Sequence record: MT880871.1
Direction: 5' to 3' (one strand)
Source: Staphylococcus phage PI-Sepi-HH2
Length of the DNA stretch: 36,164 nt
The notes beneath the pieces were generated by a model, which saw only the letters and a program-made list of their open reading frames with translations, was not told the DNA's origin and did no database searches. Of this stretch, positions 26,160-34,340 are shown in pieces. Each line of letters opens with the position of its first letter. The stretch's first letter is position 1. The translations under genes were made by a program, and so were the position numbers.

Positions 26160-27908
26160 TTACATCTTAAATTCAAGTTGTTTTGTATGTTCACCTTTGA
26201 AGTCATTAATACGCTTCTTAGCAATTGCAATATACCATTCTTTATCTAAATGAGGGGGTGTTTTTTTCTGAGCAATATTTTTGTTATTAATAAAACATTT
26301 ATTAGGTGTATAACCAATCTTCTCAGGTTTATCATTTTTAACTTTCATCAATGCTTTATCGCTGCTATCTTTAGAAGCAAACACTCTAAATACTCTTTCA
26401 TTCATCACTTTATGACCATACAAAGCGTGTTTGTATTTCCCACTCACTTTAACTATCTTTTGAAATTGAATAAGTTCATCACATTCACGAATAGTTTTCT
26501 CAACGGGTATGTTTTTAATAAAGTAATTCACAACTGCTTTATTAACTATTGGTAAATCATTGTCTAGGTCATTTAGTTTCTTAACATAAGTTCCTTTTGA
26601 TTTATAAATATTCTTTCTATCGTTAACCAAAATATAGTTATTTACATCTTTCTGAATAACATGTGTAAAATGGTCGAATTCAAGTTCCATGTGTGTGCGT
26701 TCTTCCCACTCAAAACAAATATCATCAATTAATTCAAAATCATTTAAACTACTCATTTTAATTAAAATACCGTCTGTATTACTTTGAATAATTTCACAGT
26801 GTGCCTCTAATTTTTCTATTAAATCTAATAGCAATAGCATACCTGCGATACAAACGTTATTCGCTTGTCTAGGATCATATAACCCGTTATATTTATCTTT
26901 CATCGCTCCATAAGTACTATTAAGTACGATTTTAAAAGGTGCTTGTCTTTTATCTTTTTTAGCTTTCAATTCTAGGCGTTTATCTCGTATTTGACGGTAT
27001 TTTTTCTTATTAGGTACATTTCTACTCAAGTAGTCGTATTCAATCATTAAAGCAGGATAATATGAAGCTACATCGACATTTAAAAAATAACCTTTTGCAA
27101 AGTAATTTTTTCTTGCACCATGTAAACCTACCCAAGCAAATTCATGTGGCACTCCAGCAATAGTTGTTTTTAGTGATTTATCATAATCTCTAGTGGTTTC
27201 ATAAAATGTAACGACTTCTCTATACTTATTTATTTTCAAGTTATTAGGAATTGAGAATTCCATTTCATCATCACGTTTCACTTTTGGTTGTTTAGCATCT
27301 AGTATCATTGCACTTAATTGCGCTTTTGTTTTACTAATATTTTTCATCGGTAAATCAAAAGTTTGTATTAAAGCAATATGTGATTGGAATTCCTCAAAAC
27401 GTTTCATAAAAACTTGAATAGTTTGCTCTACATCGTGTTTACAATATTTAATAACTTCTTTTAACTGTTCATGCGTAAGTTTCTTTCTAGTATTAAAGTC
27501 AACACTAGTTTCTCTAATATCATTGCCCATAAAACCCTCTAATTGTTTAAGGGAATGAAAACTAGTTTGAACATCATAATTTAGCAATTTAATTTTGTGT
27601 AACAGTCGTGAGAATTCCCAACCTTTTTTCTTTTGTACAATTATAAAATCGTTTATTTCTTTAGGATTAAAACCGGATAATATACCTTTTAATATCCATT
27701 GGTCATAATCCCTACTATTGTAACCAATCCAAAAATCGCCTTTATGAATTTTATAAAACTGTTCTAATTCTTCTTTATCGTTAATAATCACATGTGTTTC
27801 TTTAGTTTCTGAATCAATAATCACAACTAACCAATCGTATTTAAATACTTCAAAATCATAAAATAGTATTGTAATCACGCTCCTTTTATAGAGAAAGCCC
27901 GACGTCAA
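26160..27908 (-). CDS. Family-B-like DNA polymerase with an N-terminal 3'-5' exonuclease region; compact at about 580 aa.
   Basis: Exo I-like YDFEV. Motif A-like DVASYYPAL. Motif B KIVLNSTYG (matches KxxxNSxYG). Motif C-like SNTDGILIK. The start is uncertain: the track uses TTG 27908 and no good ATG is present. Confidence 0.6.
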   Translation of the reverse strand: MTSGFLYKRSVITILFYDFEVFKYDWLVVIIDSETKETHVIINDKEELEQFYKIHKGDFWIGYNSRDYDQWILKGILSGFNPKEINDFIIVQKKKGWEFSRLLHKIKLLNYDVQTSFHSLKQLEGFMGNDIRETSVDFNTRKKLTHEQLKEVIKYCKHDVEQTIQVFMKRFEEFQSHIALIQTFDLPMKNISKTKAQLSAMILDAKQPKVKRDDEMEFSIPNNLKINKYREVVTFYETTRDYDKSLKTTIAGVPHEFAWVGLHGARKNYFAKGYFLNVDVASYYPALMIEYDYLSRNVPNKKKYRQIRDKRLELKAKKDKRQAPFKIVLNSTYGAMKDKYNGLYDPRQANNVCIAGMLLLLDLIEKLEAHCEIIQSNTDGILIKMSSLNDFELIDDICFEWEERTHMELEFDHFTHVIQKDVNNYILVNDRKNIYKSKGTYVKKLNDLDNDLPIVNKAVVNYFIKNIPVEKTIRECDELIQFQKIVKVSGKYKHALYGHKVMNERVFRVFASKDSSDKALMKVKNDKPEKIGYTPNKCFINNKNIAQKKTPPHLDKEWYIAIAKKRINDFKGEHTKQLEFKM

Positions 27909-27927
27909 TCGGGCTATTTCATTTTGA

Positions 27928-28410
27928 TTACTCTACGTCAAAAACTTCAGTTATTTTATATTGTTGATATCCTTTTTTATCTGTAGTAATTTCTAGTGCA
28001 AATTCTGCTTCGACAAGTTCTTCAGCTAAATCTAGTACCAAATCATTGTATTGTTTGAAGCCTTTAAAGAATACTCTACTCTCATCGTCTTCAGCTAAAT
28101 CGAGTAAGCTACGTAAAAACACATTGTTTTTATGTACTTGGAAACCGATTGCCTTTTCATTCTTTGGTTGCATTACACCGTTATACCAAATCTTATTATC
28201 TGCGAATTCCCCTTCTAAAATTACAAATGTAATTGTTAACATTGGATCGCCATTTTTACTTGTTTTAAGTACCATATCTTCTAAAGCTACTTCATATTCG
28301 CCATCAGGAATATCAGGAAAATCATTCTTTTTAGCATCTTCCACTGCACTTTTAATTTCTTCACTATCTACTTGTTTATCAAATTTATCCCAGTTAATTG
28401 TTTCAGTCAT
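27928..28410 (-). CDS. DUF669-like phage protein, possibly SSB-like, in the position typical beside AAA_24 ATPases.
   Basis: 160 aa, acidic. The call rests on synteny and on recognising the family by eye. Confidence 0.4.
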   Translation of the reverse strand: MTETINWDKFDKQVDSEEIKSAVEDAKKNDFPDIPDGEYEVALEDMVLKTSKNGDPMLTITFVILEGEFADNKIWYNGVMQPKNEKAIGFQVHKNNVFLRSLLDLAEDDESRVFFKGFKQYNDLVLDLAEELVEAEFALEITTDKKGYQQYKITEVFDVE

Positions 28411-28461
28411 AGTTAATTCATTCCTTTACTAGTTGTTATTCTTGTTGATTTTGTATAAATA

Positions 28462-28668
28462 TTATTCGTAAGCCATAATGTCTTTAGGTGTGTTGTAAGT
28501 AAATTTGAGTGTAACTACAAAATACTCACCGTATTTGTTGGTTTTACTATCAATTTTTTGTGATGTTAAGTTGCTTTTTTCTTCATCTCTTGCTTGTTCA
28601 ACAATGCGTTCTGCTTCACTTCTAGTTGTTGCAAAATGTTGTTCAGTTGTGTTTAATTCCTTTTTCAT
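28462..28668 (-). CDS. Small hypothetical protein (68 aa).
   Basis: The start is likely ATG 28668; the track start 28677 is GTG. Confidence 0.4.
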   Translation of the reverse strand: MKKELNTTEQHFATTRSEAERIVEQARDEEKSNLTSQKIDSKTNKYGEYFVVTLKFTYNTPKDIMAYE

Positions 28669-28686
28669 TTCAATCACTCCGATTTA

Positions 28687-30519
28687 TTATTCAGTTTTTT
28701 TACGTCTACTTCTACGAGTACGTTTTGGTTTTTCATCTAATGTTTCTTCTTTTTCTTCAGCTTTAGCTTCTTCTACTGCTTCTTTAGTTGATGATTTTCT
28801 TTTTCTTGTTTTTCTTTTAGGCTCTTCAATCACTTCTTCTTTATCGGTAATTGTTTCGCCTGGTGGTACTTCTTCAGTACCTTTAGTTTCTTCTTTAACA
28901 GTTTGTTTTACTGATTTATCTTCTTTAATTTCTTCTTTTATTGGTTTAATTTTAGCAGTGATTTTTGCATGTGATGCTTTTTGAGCATTTATTAATTCTT
29001 GAATAAATTCATCTTTACTTAATTCACATGTATCATTTAAGAAGTTAAATCGACCACCACCGAACACATTGCGTTGTTTAGATAGTTGAAGTAGTCTTAC
29101 ACCGTCACTATTCATAAATGCACGAATTGTTAAGTCTACTGTGCCTGTTGTAAAGTTAGCAGTTTTATCATCAATATTAGGTATAAAGTTTGTACGTACT
29201 GCCCCACCTTTTAGAGTTGTTTCTGATTTAACTTCTTTACTGATATAAATAATTTGGTAACCTAAATTTTTAAGTCGTTTGATAGCATTGTTAAATTCTG
29301 TTTTAACCATTGCCCAACCTTTACCATATCCACCGTCAGACTCGTGTTCCCACCCGTTCTTATCGAATACATAAATACGACAGTGTTCTCTTAAATCTTC
29401 AAATAAATCAATAGCTATTGCTTTAAAACCACTATCTTTATCTGTTTCAAGTTCACTTACTACATTTAAAAATTGTTCCCATGCAAATGTACGTTTGGTA
29501 ATGCGTCCCTCTTTTACTACTTCATCTTTGATATTGATAACTGGCGATGTAGTATTATCTGTGTTTCCGTCAGTGTTTAAAAATAGCAAATCGTCAAATT
29601 TATCTACAAATGTTGACTTTCCTACATATGAATCTCCGTATATCCAAAAGTCAGGTCGTTCATCAATTTTCTTTTCTCGTCTTATATTTTTAGGTAATGT
29701 CATTATTAATTCTCCTTTATCATCTCTTAGTTGTTCTAAATACTCTGGTGCAAATCTAGGATTACATGCAAAACATTCATCGTTAGGGTTTTTAATCCAG
29801 TTAAAAGTTTTTTCTTGAATAGCTTCTTTAATTTCTTTACATTCATTTAAGAAGTAGATAATTTCCATTTCTTGAGGCTCTATTTTTAAACATGTAGTTT
29901 TAAGCTTTCTCATAGTTACATTTAATCTTTTTCTAAATTGTATTAAGTCTTCATCTTTCTTTTGTCTAATGCTTGTTTTAGGTAAGAATAAATAGCCCAT
30001 TGCTATAACGTTATATCCCTCTTGTTCAAGATAGTACTTATATATTTGTAATTGAGGTGATTCTTTATATTTTTCAATCGCATTACTGTATTTAAAGTCA
30101 ATGATTGCAATATCATTCGTACCTTTTCTTTTTACGATTAAATCGACAAAACCAATAAATTCAGGTTTATTTATTTCATACTCATGTATAAATACATAAC
30201 CACCAGTGAAGCTAAAGCTGTTATTAAAATCACTTAACCATTCTTTAGCTTTTTCTAAATTATGTTCTAACTTAATGGCTTCATTAATCACATCATTAGT
30301 CACTAGTGGAAAAGCGTTATAAAACTCTTTCAGCATGGCTTTTTTACCTTTTTCAATTCCAGTGTGTAGTGCATGACCAACAATAAGTGGACTATTAGCT
30401 TCATAGTTTGGTAATTCTGTAAGCCTATCTATATACCGTAATTTGAAGTGATATGGACAACGTTTAAACAAATCAACTCTTGAATAACTGAATTGCATTA
30501 AAACCACGTCCTTTTCCAT
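28687..30519 (-). CDS. Fusion protein: an N-terminal PD-(D/E)xK (Cas4/RecB-like) nuclease joined to a C-terminal AAA_24 (Sak4-like) P-loop ATPase, with a K/E/R-rich C-terminal tail.
   Basis: N-terminal GFVDLIV...IIDFKYS (D...DxK) with flanking Cys residues. Walker A WIYGDSYVGKST and LNTDGNTD. The last 90 aa are about 60% K/E/R. Confidence 0.6.
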   Translation of the reverse strand: MEKDVVLMQFSYSRVDLFKRCPYHFKLRYIDRLTELPNYEANSPLIVGHALHTGIEKGKKAMLKEFYNAFPLVTNDVINEAIKLEHNLEKAKEWLSDFNNSFSFTGGYVFIHEYEINKPEFIGFVDLIVKRKGTNDIAIIDFKYSNAIEKYKESPQLQIYKYYLEQEGYNVIAMGYLFLPKTSIRQKKDEDLIQFRKRLNVTMRKLKTTCLKIEPQEMEIIYFLNECKEIKEAIQEKTFNWIKNPNDECFACNPRFAPEYLEQLRDDKGELIMTLPKNIRREKKIDERPDFWIYGDSYVGKSTFVDKFDDLLFLNTDGNTDNTTSPVINIKDEVVKEGRITKRTFAWEQFLNVVSELETDKDSGFKAIAIDLFEDLREHCRIYVFDKNGWEHESDGGYGKGWAMVKTEFNNAIKRLKNLGYQIIYISKEVKSETTLKGGAVRTNFIPNIDDKTANFTTGTVDLTIRAFMNSDGVRLLQLSKQRNVFGGGRFNFLNDTCELSKDEFIQELINAQKASHAKITAKIKPIKEEIKEDKSVKQTVKEETKGTEEVPPGETITDKEEVIEEPKRKTRKRKSSTKEAVEEAKAEEKEETLDEKPKRTRRSRRKKTE

Positions 30520-30815
30520 TCTTCAAAATCTTTCGGACGTAAAACATAAGCTTCTCCACCTGCTAACTTGATTTGTTTCATTCTCTCTTTTTGAATACCT
30601 CTCACAACACCAGTATTTGTTTTAAGTTCTATGCCATGAAATACACCATTAATACAAGCCAGTACATCAGGAATACCATTTACTGTAAACTTATTACCTG
30701 CCCAATATTTAACTGCAAACGCATTAGGATTATGCTTTAAAAATTGCATGACATCATTTTGAAACGCTGCTTCATTCTTATATGTTTTAGTCAATGGAAC
30801 CACCTTCATAATCAA
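30498..30815 (-). CDS. VRR-NUC domain nuclease.
   Basis: 105 aa with GIPDVLACINGVFHGIELKT (a PD...ExK core typical of VRR-NUC). Confidence 0.7.
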   Translation of the reverse strand: MIMKVVPLTKTYKNEAAFQNDVMQFLKHNPNAFAVKYWAGNKFTVNGIPDVLACINGVFHGIELKTNTGVVRGIQKERMKQIKLAGGEAYVLRPKDFEEWKRTWF

Positions 30816-31110
30816 AGTTAAATGATGTAGAAGGTTTATTTAATGCTTTAATTAATGATTTCCATAAAGTAGATTTGCGTATAACTTTTTGAAAGAAGTC
30901 TTCACCATTTAGATATACATCTATTAATGTAAAATCTCTACAACCTAACCAAAGTTGATCACGGTTTCTATATAAAAGACGCAATGTATTTTGTATGTGT
31001 CCTTCGTCCATTGAGATAGGATCTAAAATTTCACCATCTTTATTAATCCAATTCGTATTATTTAAAATATCTTCGGTATATCTTAAATTAAGATTTTCAA
31101 TCATTCTCAT
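30787..31110 (-). CDS. Hypothetical phage protein (107 aa).
   Basis: ORF in operon context with no recognisable motif. Confidence 0.45.
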   Translation of the reverse strand: MRMIENLNLRYTEDILNNTNWINKDGEILDPISMDEGHIQNTLRLLYRNRDQLWLGCRDFTLIDVYLNGEDFFQKVIRKSTLWKSLIKALNKPSTSFNFDYEGGSID

Positions 31111-32348
31111 TCCTCCTTAAATAGTTCATCGTTGTAATCTTTACCGTCTACTAAAGTTTGATAATTCTTCCATTCATATGTGCCTAGTGTTAGCATATAA
31201 TAATAAAAACACGGTCTCTCTTGTCCAATCCTATGTGTTCTTTTTCGACTTTGTTCAAAGAAAGATACTCTATTTGGTAATCCGAAAAAGATTATTTTGT
31301 TGGCTTTTTGTAAATTATGTCCAAAACTACCACTTTGATATTGGACTAACGTTATGCTGCTCTTTTTATTCTCATAGGCATTTTTATCAACTAAATCACC
31401 ATTAATATAAGATATTGGTTTGTTTAACTCTTTAACTACGTTTTCAATAGCTTCTTTTTCTAAATTGTATTGATAGAAAATAATCAACCTATCTTCAGTG
31501 CTTTCTAATAAATCTTTCAACATTGATAACTTATTTTGGTTAAATGCCGTACATAATAATCTAGCGTTCATAGTTCCTACTGACGCTGTTTCTGCGATAA
31601 GTTTTCTATCTTTTAATTGAACAATGCCCTCTCTAATAAATTCATCATATTCTTTAGTCTTTTTAGGCTTTAAGAAAATGTTAGTTTGTTTTGGTAAATC
31701 AAAAACTTCTTCAGTTTTCATAAATACACAACCATAATTTCTAAGTTTTCGTTTTAGTCTATCTATATTTTTGTAACCAACAATTTTATATTTCATTTCT
31801 TTTTCGTCCCACTCTCTATATGTATAGTGAGATAGAAACATCTTCTCTTTTATCTTCCAACCTAATAAATTAATTTGAGTAAGTAATTCTTCATATTTAC
31901 CATCAATCGGTGTACCACTTAAAAGAATAACGTTACTTGGTTTTAGTTCATTCATAATTAATTTAGTGCGTTGTGATTTAGGATTTTTAATATATTGAGA
32001 CTCATCTAAAAGTAATGTGAAATTACGTATCTTTTTGAGTTCAGGTCTCACGATTGCTTTTTCATAGTTAATAATTAAAATTGAATTTTCTTCTATATAC
32101 TCGAGCTTTTCTCTATCAAATAAAATCACTTTATAATCATCTGAATAATATTCTTTAAAATGTTGATACCAATCCTCTAGTTTAGATTTTTGGCAAATCA
32201 CTAAATTATATGGCGAATTTAATTCCCATAGCTTTTCAGATCCAACAAATGTTTTACCTAAACCCATATCAAGATAGTATGCAACATTGTTAAATTGTTC
32301 AGTTTGTTCTAATGCTCTTTCTTGGTGTGGAAATAATTGAATATACAT
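31107..32348 (-). CDS. SNF2/Rad54-family helicase.
   Basis: Q-motif LFPHQ. DExx motif LLLDESQYIKN. LLSGTP. RTHRIGQ (motif VI). The likely start is ATG 32348, coupled to a 29-aa upstream ORF. The track start 32432 is TTG. Confidence 0.8.
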   Translation of the reverse strand: MYIQLFPHQERALEQTEQFNNVAYYLDMGLGKTFVGSEKLWELNSPYNLVICQKSKLEDWYQHFKEYYSDDYKVILFDREKLEYIEENSILIINYEKAIVRPELKKIRNFTLLLDESQYIKNPKSQRTKLIMNELKPSNVILLSGTPIDGKYEELLTQINLLGWKIKEKMFLSHYTYREWDEKEMKYKIVGYKNIDRLKRKLRNYGCVFMKTEEVFDLPKQTNIFLKPKKTKEYDEFIREGIVQLKDRKLIAETASVGTMNARLLCTAFNQNKLSMLKDLLESTEDRLIIFYQYNLEKEAIENVVKELNKPISYINGDLVDKNAYENKKSSITLVQYQSGSFGHNLQKANKIIFFGLPNRVSFFEQSRKRTHRIGQERPCFYYYMLTLGTYEWKNYQTLVDGKDYNDELFKEE

Positions 32349-32349
32349 A

Positions 32350-32439
32350 CTATTTATTTTCGTTTCTATGTTCTGTATTTTTTTCAAATAACATTTCTTT
32401 GATTTTATTAATACTGTATATAAATTCTTCAATATTCAT
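32350..32439 (-). CDS. 29-aa upstream ORF translationally coupled to the helicase gene (TAGtATG).
   Basis: ATG 32439 with GGAGG RBS 9 nt upstream. Its stop lies 1 nt before the helicase ATG. Confidence 0.3.
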   Translation of the reverse strand: MNIEEFIYSINKIKEMLFEKNTEHRNENK

Positions 32440-32532
32440 TGTTGTGTTCCTCCATTGTTGTTATAATTTAGTTGGTTTTTAGTTTTTATAGACTGTTAAG
32501 CATTGCCGTGCTTAATGGTCTTTATTACTTTT

Positions 32533-32691
32533 CAAAAAAAGTATAAGTCATAAAATAGGAATGCAATAATTGCTATTAATGCACCCCAACCAATTGCAGT
32601 TGTAAAATACACGCCTAATAGTCCTAATAGAATAGACATAGTGATAAAAATAAAATCAGCGATAATAAATGCTAAAAACGACTTATCCATA
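32533..32691 (-). CDS. Small hydrophobic membrane peptide (52 aa, 2 TM), absent from the ORF track.
   Basis: ATG 32691 with GGAGGTG RBS 7 nt upstream. Sequence MDKSFLAFIIADFIFITMSILLGLLGVYFTTAIGWGALIAIIAFLFYDLYFF. Confidence 0.5.
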
Positions 32692-32705
32692 GTGTTGTCA
32701 CCTCC

Positions 32706-33029
32706 TTAAGATGTTCTAAAAATACTAGCTGATTCTCTAATAATGGAGTGATTTTCAATTAACCATTGCTTCATTTGCTTTGCTACCATTGAATAACCTT
32801 CACGATTATGTTTGGGATAGTAAACAATTTTCAACTTAGTTAATTCATTTTTAAATGGTGGATAATTAAGCATATCAATACACCATTGATTCCCTTTTTT
32901 ACATTCTCGTTTTAAATCTTCAATATCCCACCAGGCAGTTAATTCATCTTCTTTATTTTGTGGTGAATTCATCAAAATTCTTGAATCAATGATATTATTC
33001 AAAACATCTAGATTTAATAACTCAATCAT
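32706..33029 (-). CDS. Hypothetical early protein (107 aa).
   Basis: ATG with GGAGGTG RBS. It is the second gene of the early rightward operon, after cro. Confidence 0.5.
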   Translation of the reverse strand: MIELLNLDVLNNIIDSRILMNSPQNKEDELTAWWDIEDLKRECKKGNQWCIDMLNYPPFKNELTKLKIVYYPKHNREGYSMVAKQMKQWLIENHSIIRESASIFRTS

Positions 33030-33082
33030 TTCTAATCACACCTCCTTAAATGTTATATAAAGTAATATATATAACAAAAAAT

Positions 33083-33274
33083 TTAGACTTTAATTTGGTC
33101 AATCTCTATATTAAACAATTTAGCTAGAGCATAGACAGTTACATTACTAATGTTAGCGCCCTCTTTTTCCCACTCTCCAACAGTTTTTCTTGTTACTCCT
33201 AACTTATCAGCTACGTCCTGTTGAAGCATGTCATTCATAACCCTCCATTTTTTTATTGTTAATTGTTCTAGCAT
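33083..33274 (-). CDS. Cro-like HTH_XRE transcriptional regulator.
   Basis: 63 aa from ATG 33274 (AAAGGAGGTG RBS); the track start is GTG. HTH sequence QQDVADKLGVTRKTVGEWE. Divergent from the cI-like gene. Confidence 0.8.
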   Translation of the reverse strand: MLEQLTIKKWRVMNDMLQQDVADKLGVTRKTVGEWEKEGANISNVTVYALAKLFNIEIDQIKV

Positions 33275-33283
33275 ATTAACCAC

Positions 33284-33434
33284 CTCCTTTTGTCGAATAT
33301 AACTTTATATTACTTTTATATAGTTGTCAACTCAAAATGTAATTTATTTTATCAAAATGTTAACAAAAGTGTTGTCACAATTAATAACATATGATAACTT
33401 AATATTACATTAAGTAATATTAAGGAGTTTTACT
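33284..33434. promoter_or_regulatory. Divergent promoter/operator region of the genetic switch.
   Basis: Direct repeats TCAAAATGT at about 33329 and 33351. Odd palindrome TTGTCACAA at 33372-33380. Inverted repeat CTTAATATTA-N7-TAATATTAAG at 33398-33424, which overlaps the cI RBS. Confidence 0.55.
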
Positions 33435-33770
33435 ATGGGTACTAAAAGTGCTAGAAAAATTTTTTCTGAAAATCTTCAACGATTAATGAGAAATAAAAAT
33501 GTGGACCAAAAAGAGTTAGCAGAAGCTATTGGAGTTACTCAACCAACAATTTCCAATTGGATTAAAGAAGTAAAGTATCCTAGAATTAAAAGAATACAAA
33601 CATTAGCAGATTATTTTAACGTTCCAAAATCAGAATTAACAGAAGAAAATTTTGTAGTATCCAAAAATCAAATTGCTGCACATATTACACCTGATGTTAC
33701 TGAAGATGAAATGAGAGAAATCATAAATTTCATTGAATACATAAAAAGCAAAAGAAATAGCGATAAATAA
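33435..33770 (+). CDS. cI-like HTH_XRE repressor.
   Basis: 111 aa with HTH QKELAEAIGVTQPTISNWI. ATG with AAGGAG RBS. Co-oriented with int. Confidence 0.8.
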   Translation: MGTKSARKIFSENLQRLMRNKNVDQKELAEAIGVTQPTISNWIKEVKYPRIKRIQTLADYFNVPKSELTEENFVVSKNQIAAHITPDVTEDEMREIINFIEYIKSKRNSDK

Positions 33771-33835
33771 AGAGAACGCTAACTTACTAATAAATTAACC
33801 ATTAGTATAAGTGCGTTCTCTTTTTTATATAAAAA
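33771..33835 (+). terminator. Terminator-like hairpin after the repressor gene.
   Basis: 9-bp stem AGAGAACGC/GCGTTCTCT with a long, partly paired loop, followed by TTTTTTAT. Confidence 0.45.
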
Positions 33836-33925
33836 TTATGCATAATTTAAATTTTCATATAGGAGTTGATGTTATATATATAAAATCAATATACAATTTC
33901 TAAAACTAAATAAGGAGTGAGAATT

Positions 33926-34300
33926 ATGCATCAATATAAGGAGCTGATTGATGATATTAATATTAAATATATAGAGATGCCTAATAAATTAGAATGTTTA
34001 ATCTCAGGTAATGATTTATATATTAATGAACGCTTATCATCTTCATCTTATATTAGAGAAACATCTGAATCTTATTATTCACAAAGCAATAAAGTAACTT
34101 CATTAATCCCTTTAAATCAAATTGAAAATGCAGTTATTACACATAATTGCACTACCCTTCTTAAATTAAGTGAGTTTTTCAAACTTCCAACTACTTTTAT
34201 TTTTCTAAACCTTTATTTCTACTCTATTAAATATTCTAATTTATCTTTTCTCAATATATTTCAAATCAAAAGATTGAATTTTAATCAAATAGATACTTAA
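33926..34300 (+). CDS. Hypothetical protein (about 124 aa), first gene of a two-gene cassette between cI and int.
   Basis: ATG 33926 with AAGGAG RBS 7 nt upstream; the track start 33917 is GTG. The C-terminal third is low-complexity and hydrophobic. Confidence 0.45.
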   Translation: MHQYKELIDDINIKYIEMPNKLECLISGNDLYINERLSSSSYIRETSESYYSQSNKVTSLIPLNQIENAVITHNCTTLLKLSEFFKLPTTFIFLNLYFYSIKYSNLSFLNIFQIKRLNFNQIDT

Positions 34301-34340
34301 GGAAACTTGTTTACTTATTAACATCTAGGAAGTGACAACT

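Noticed and set aside
26250-29818. Plus-strand ORFs 26250..26555, 28046..28432, 28505..28984 and 29495..29818
   Set aside because: They are antisense to the polymerase, the DUF669-like gene and the nuclease-ATPase gene. Their sequences are hydrophobic and low-complexity, typical of antisense AT-rich coding DNA.
27908-32432. N-terminal extensions given by the ORF track: 27908 and 32432 TTG; 12465 and 2188 TTG; 21125, 33283, 25774, 28677, 33917 and 34332 GTG
   Set aside because: Each has an in-frame ATG a few codons downstream with a properly spaced Shine-Dalgarno sequence. The extended starts lack an RBS or begin before conserved N-terminal motifs.
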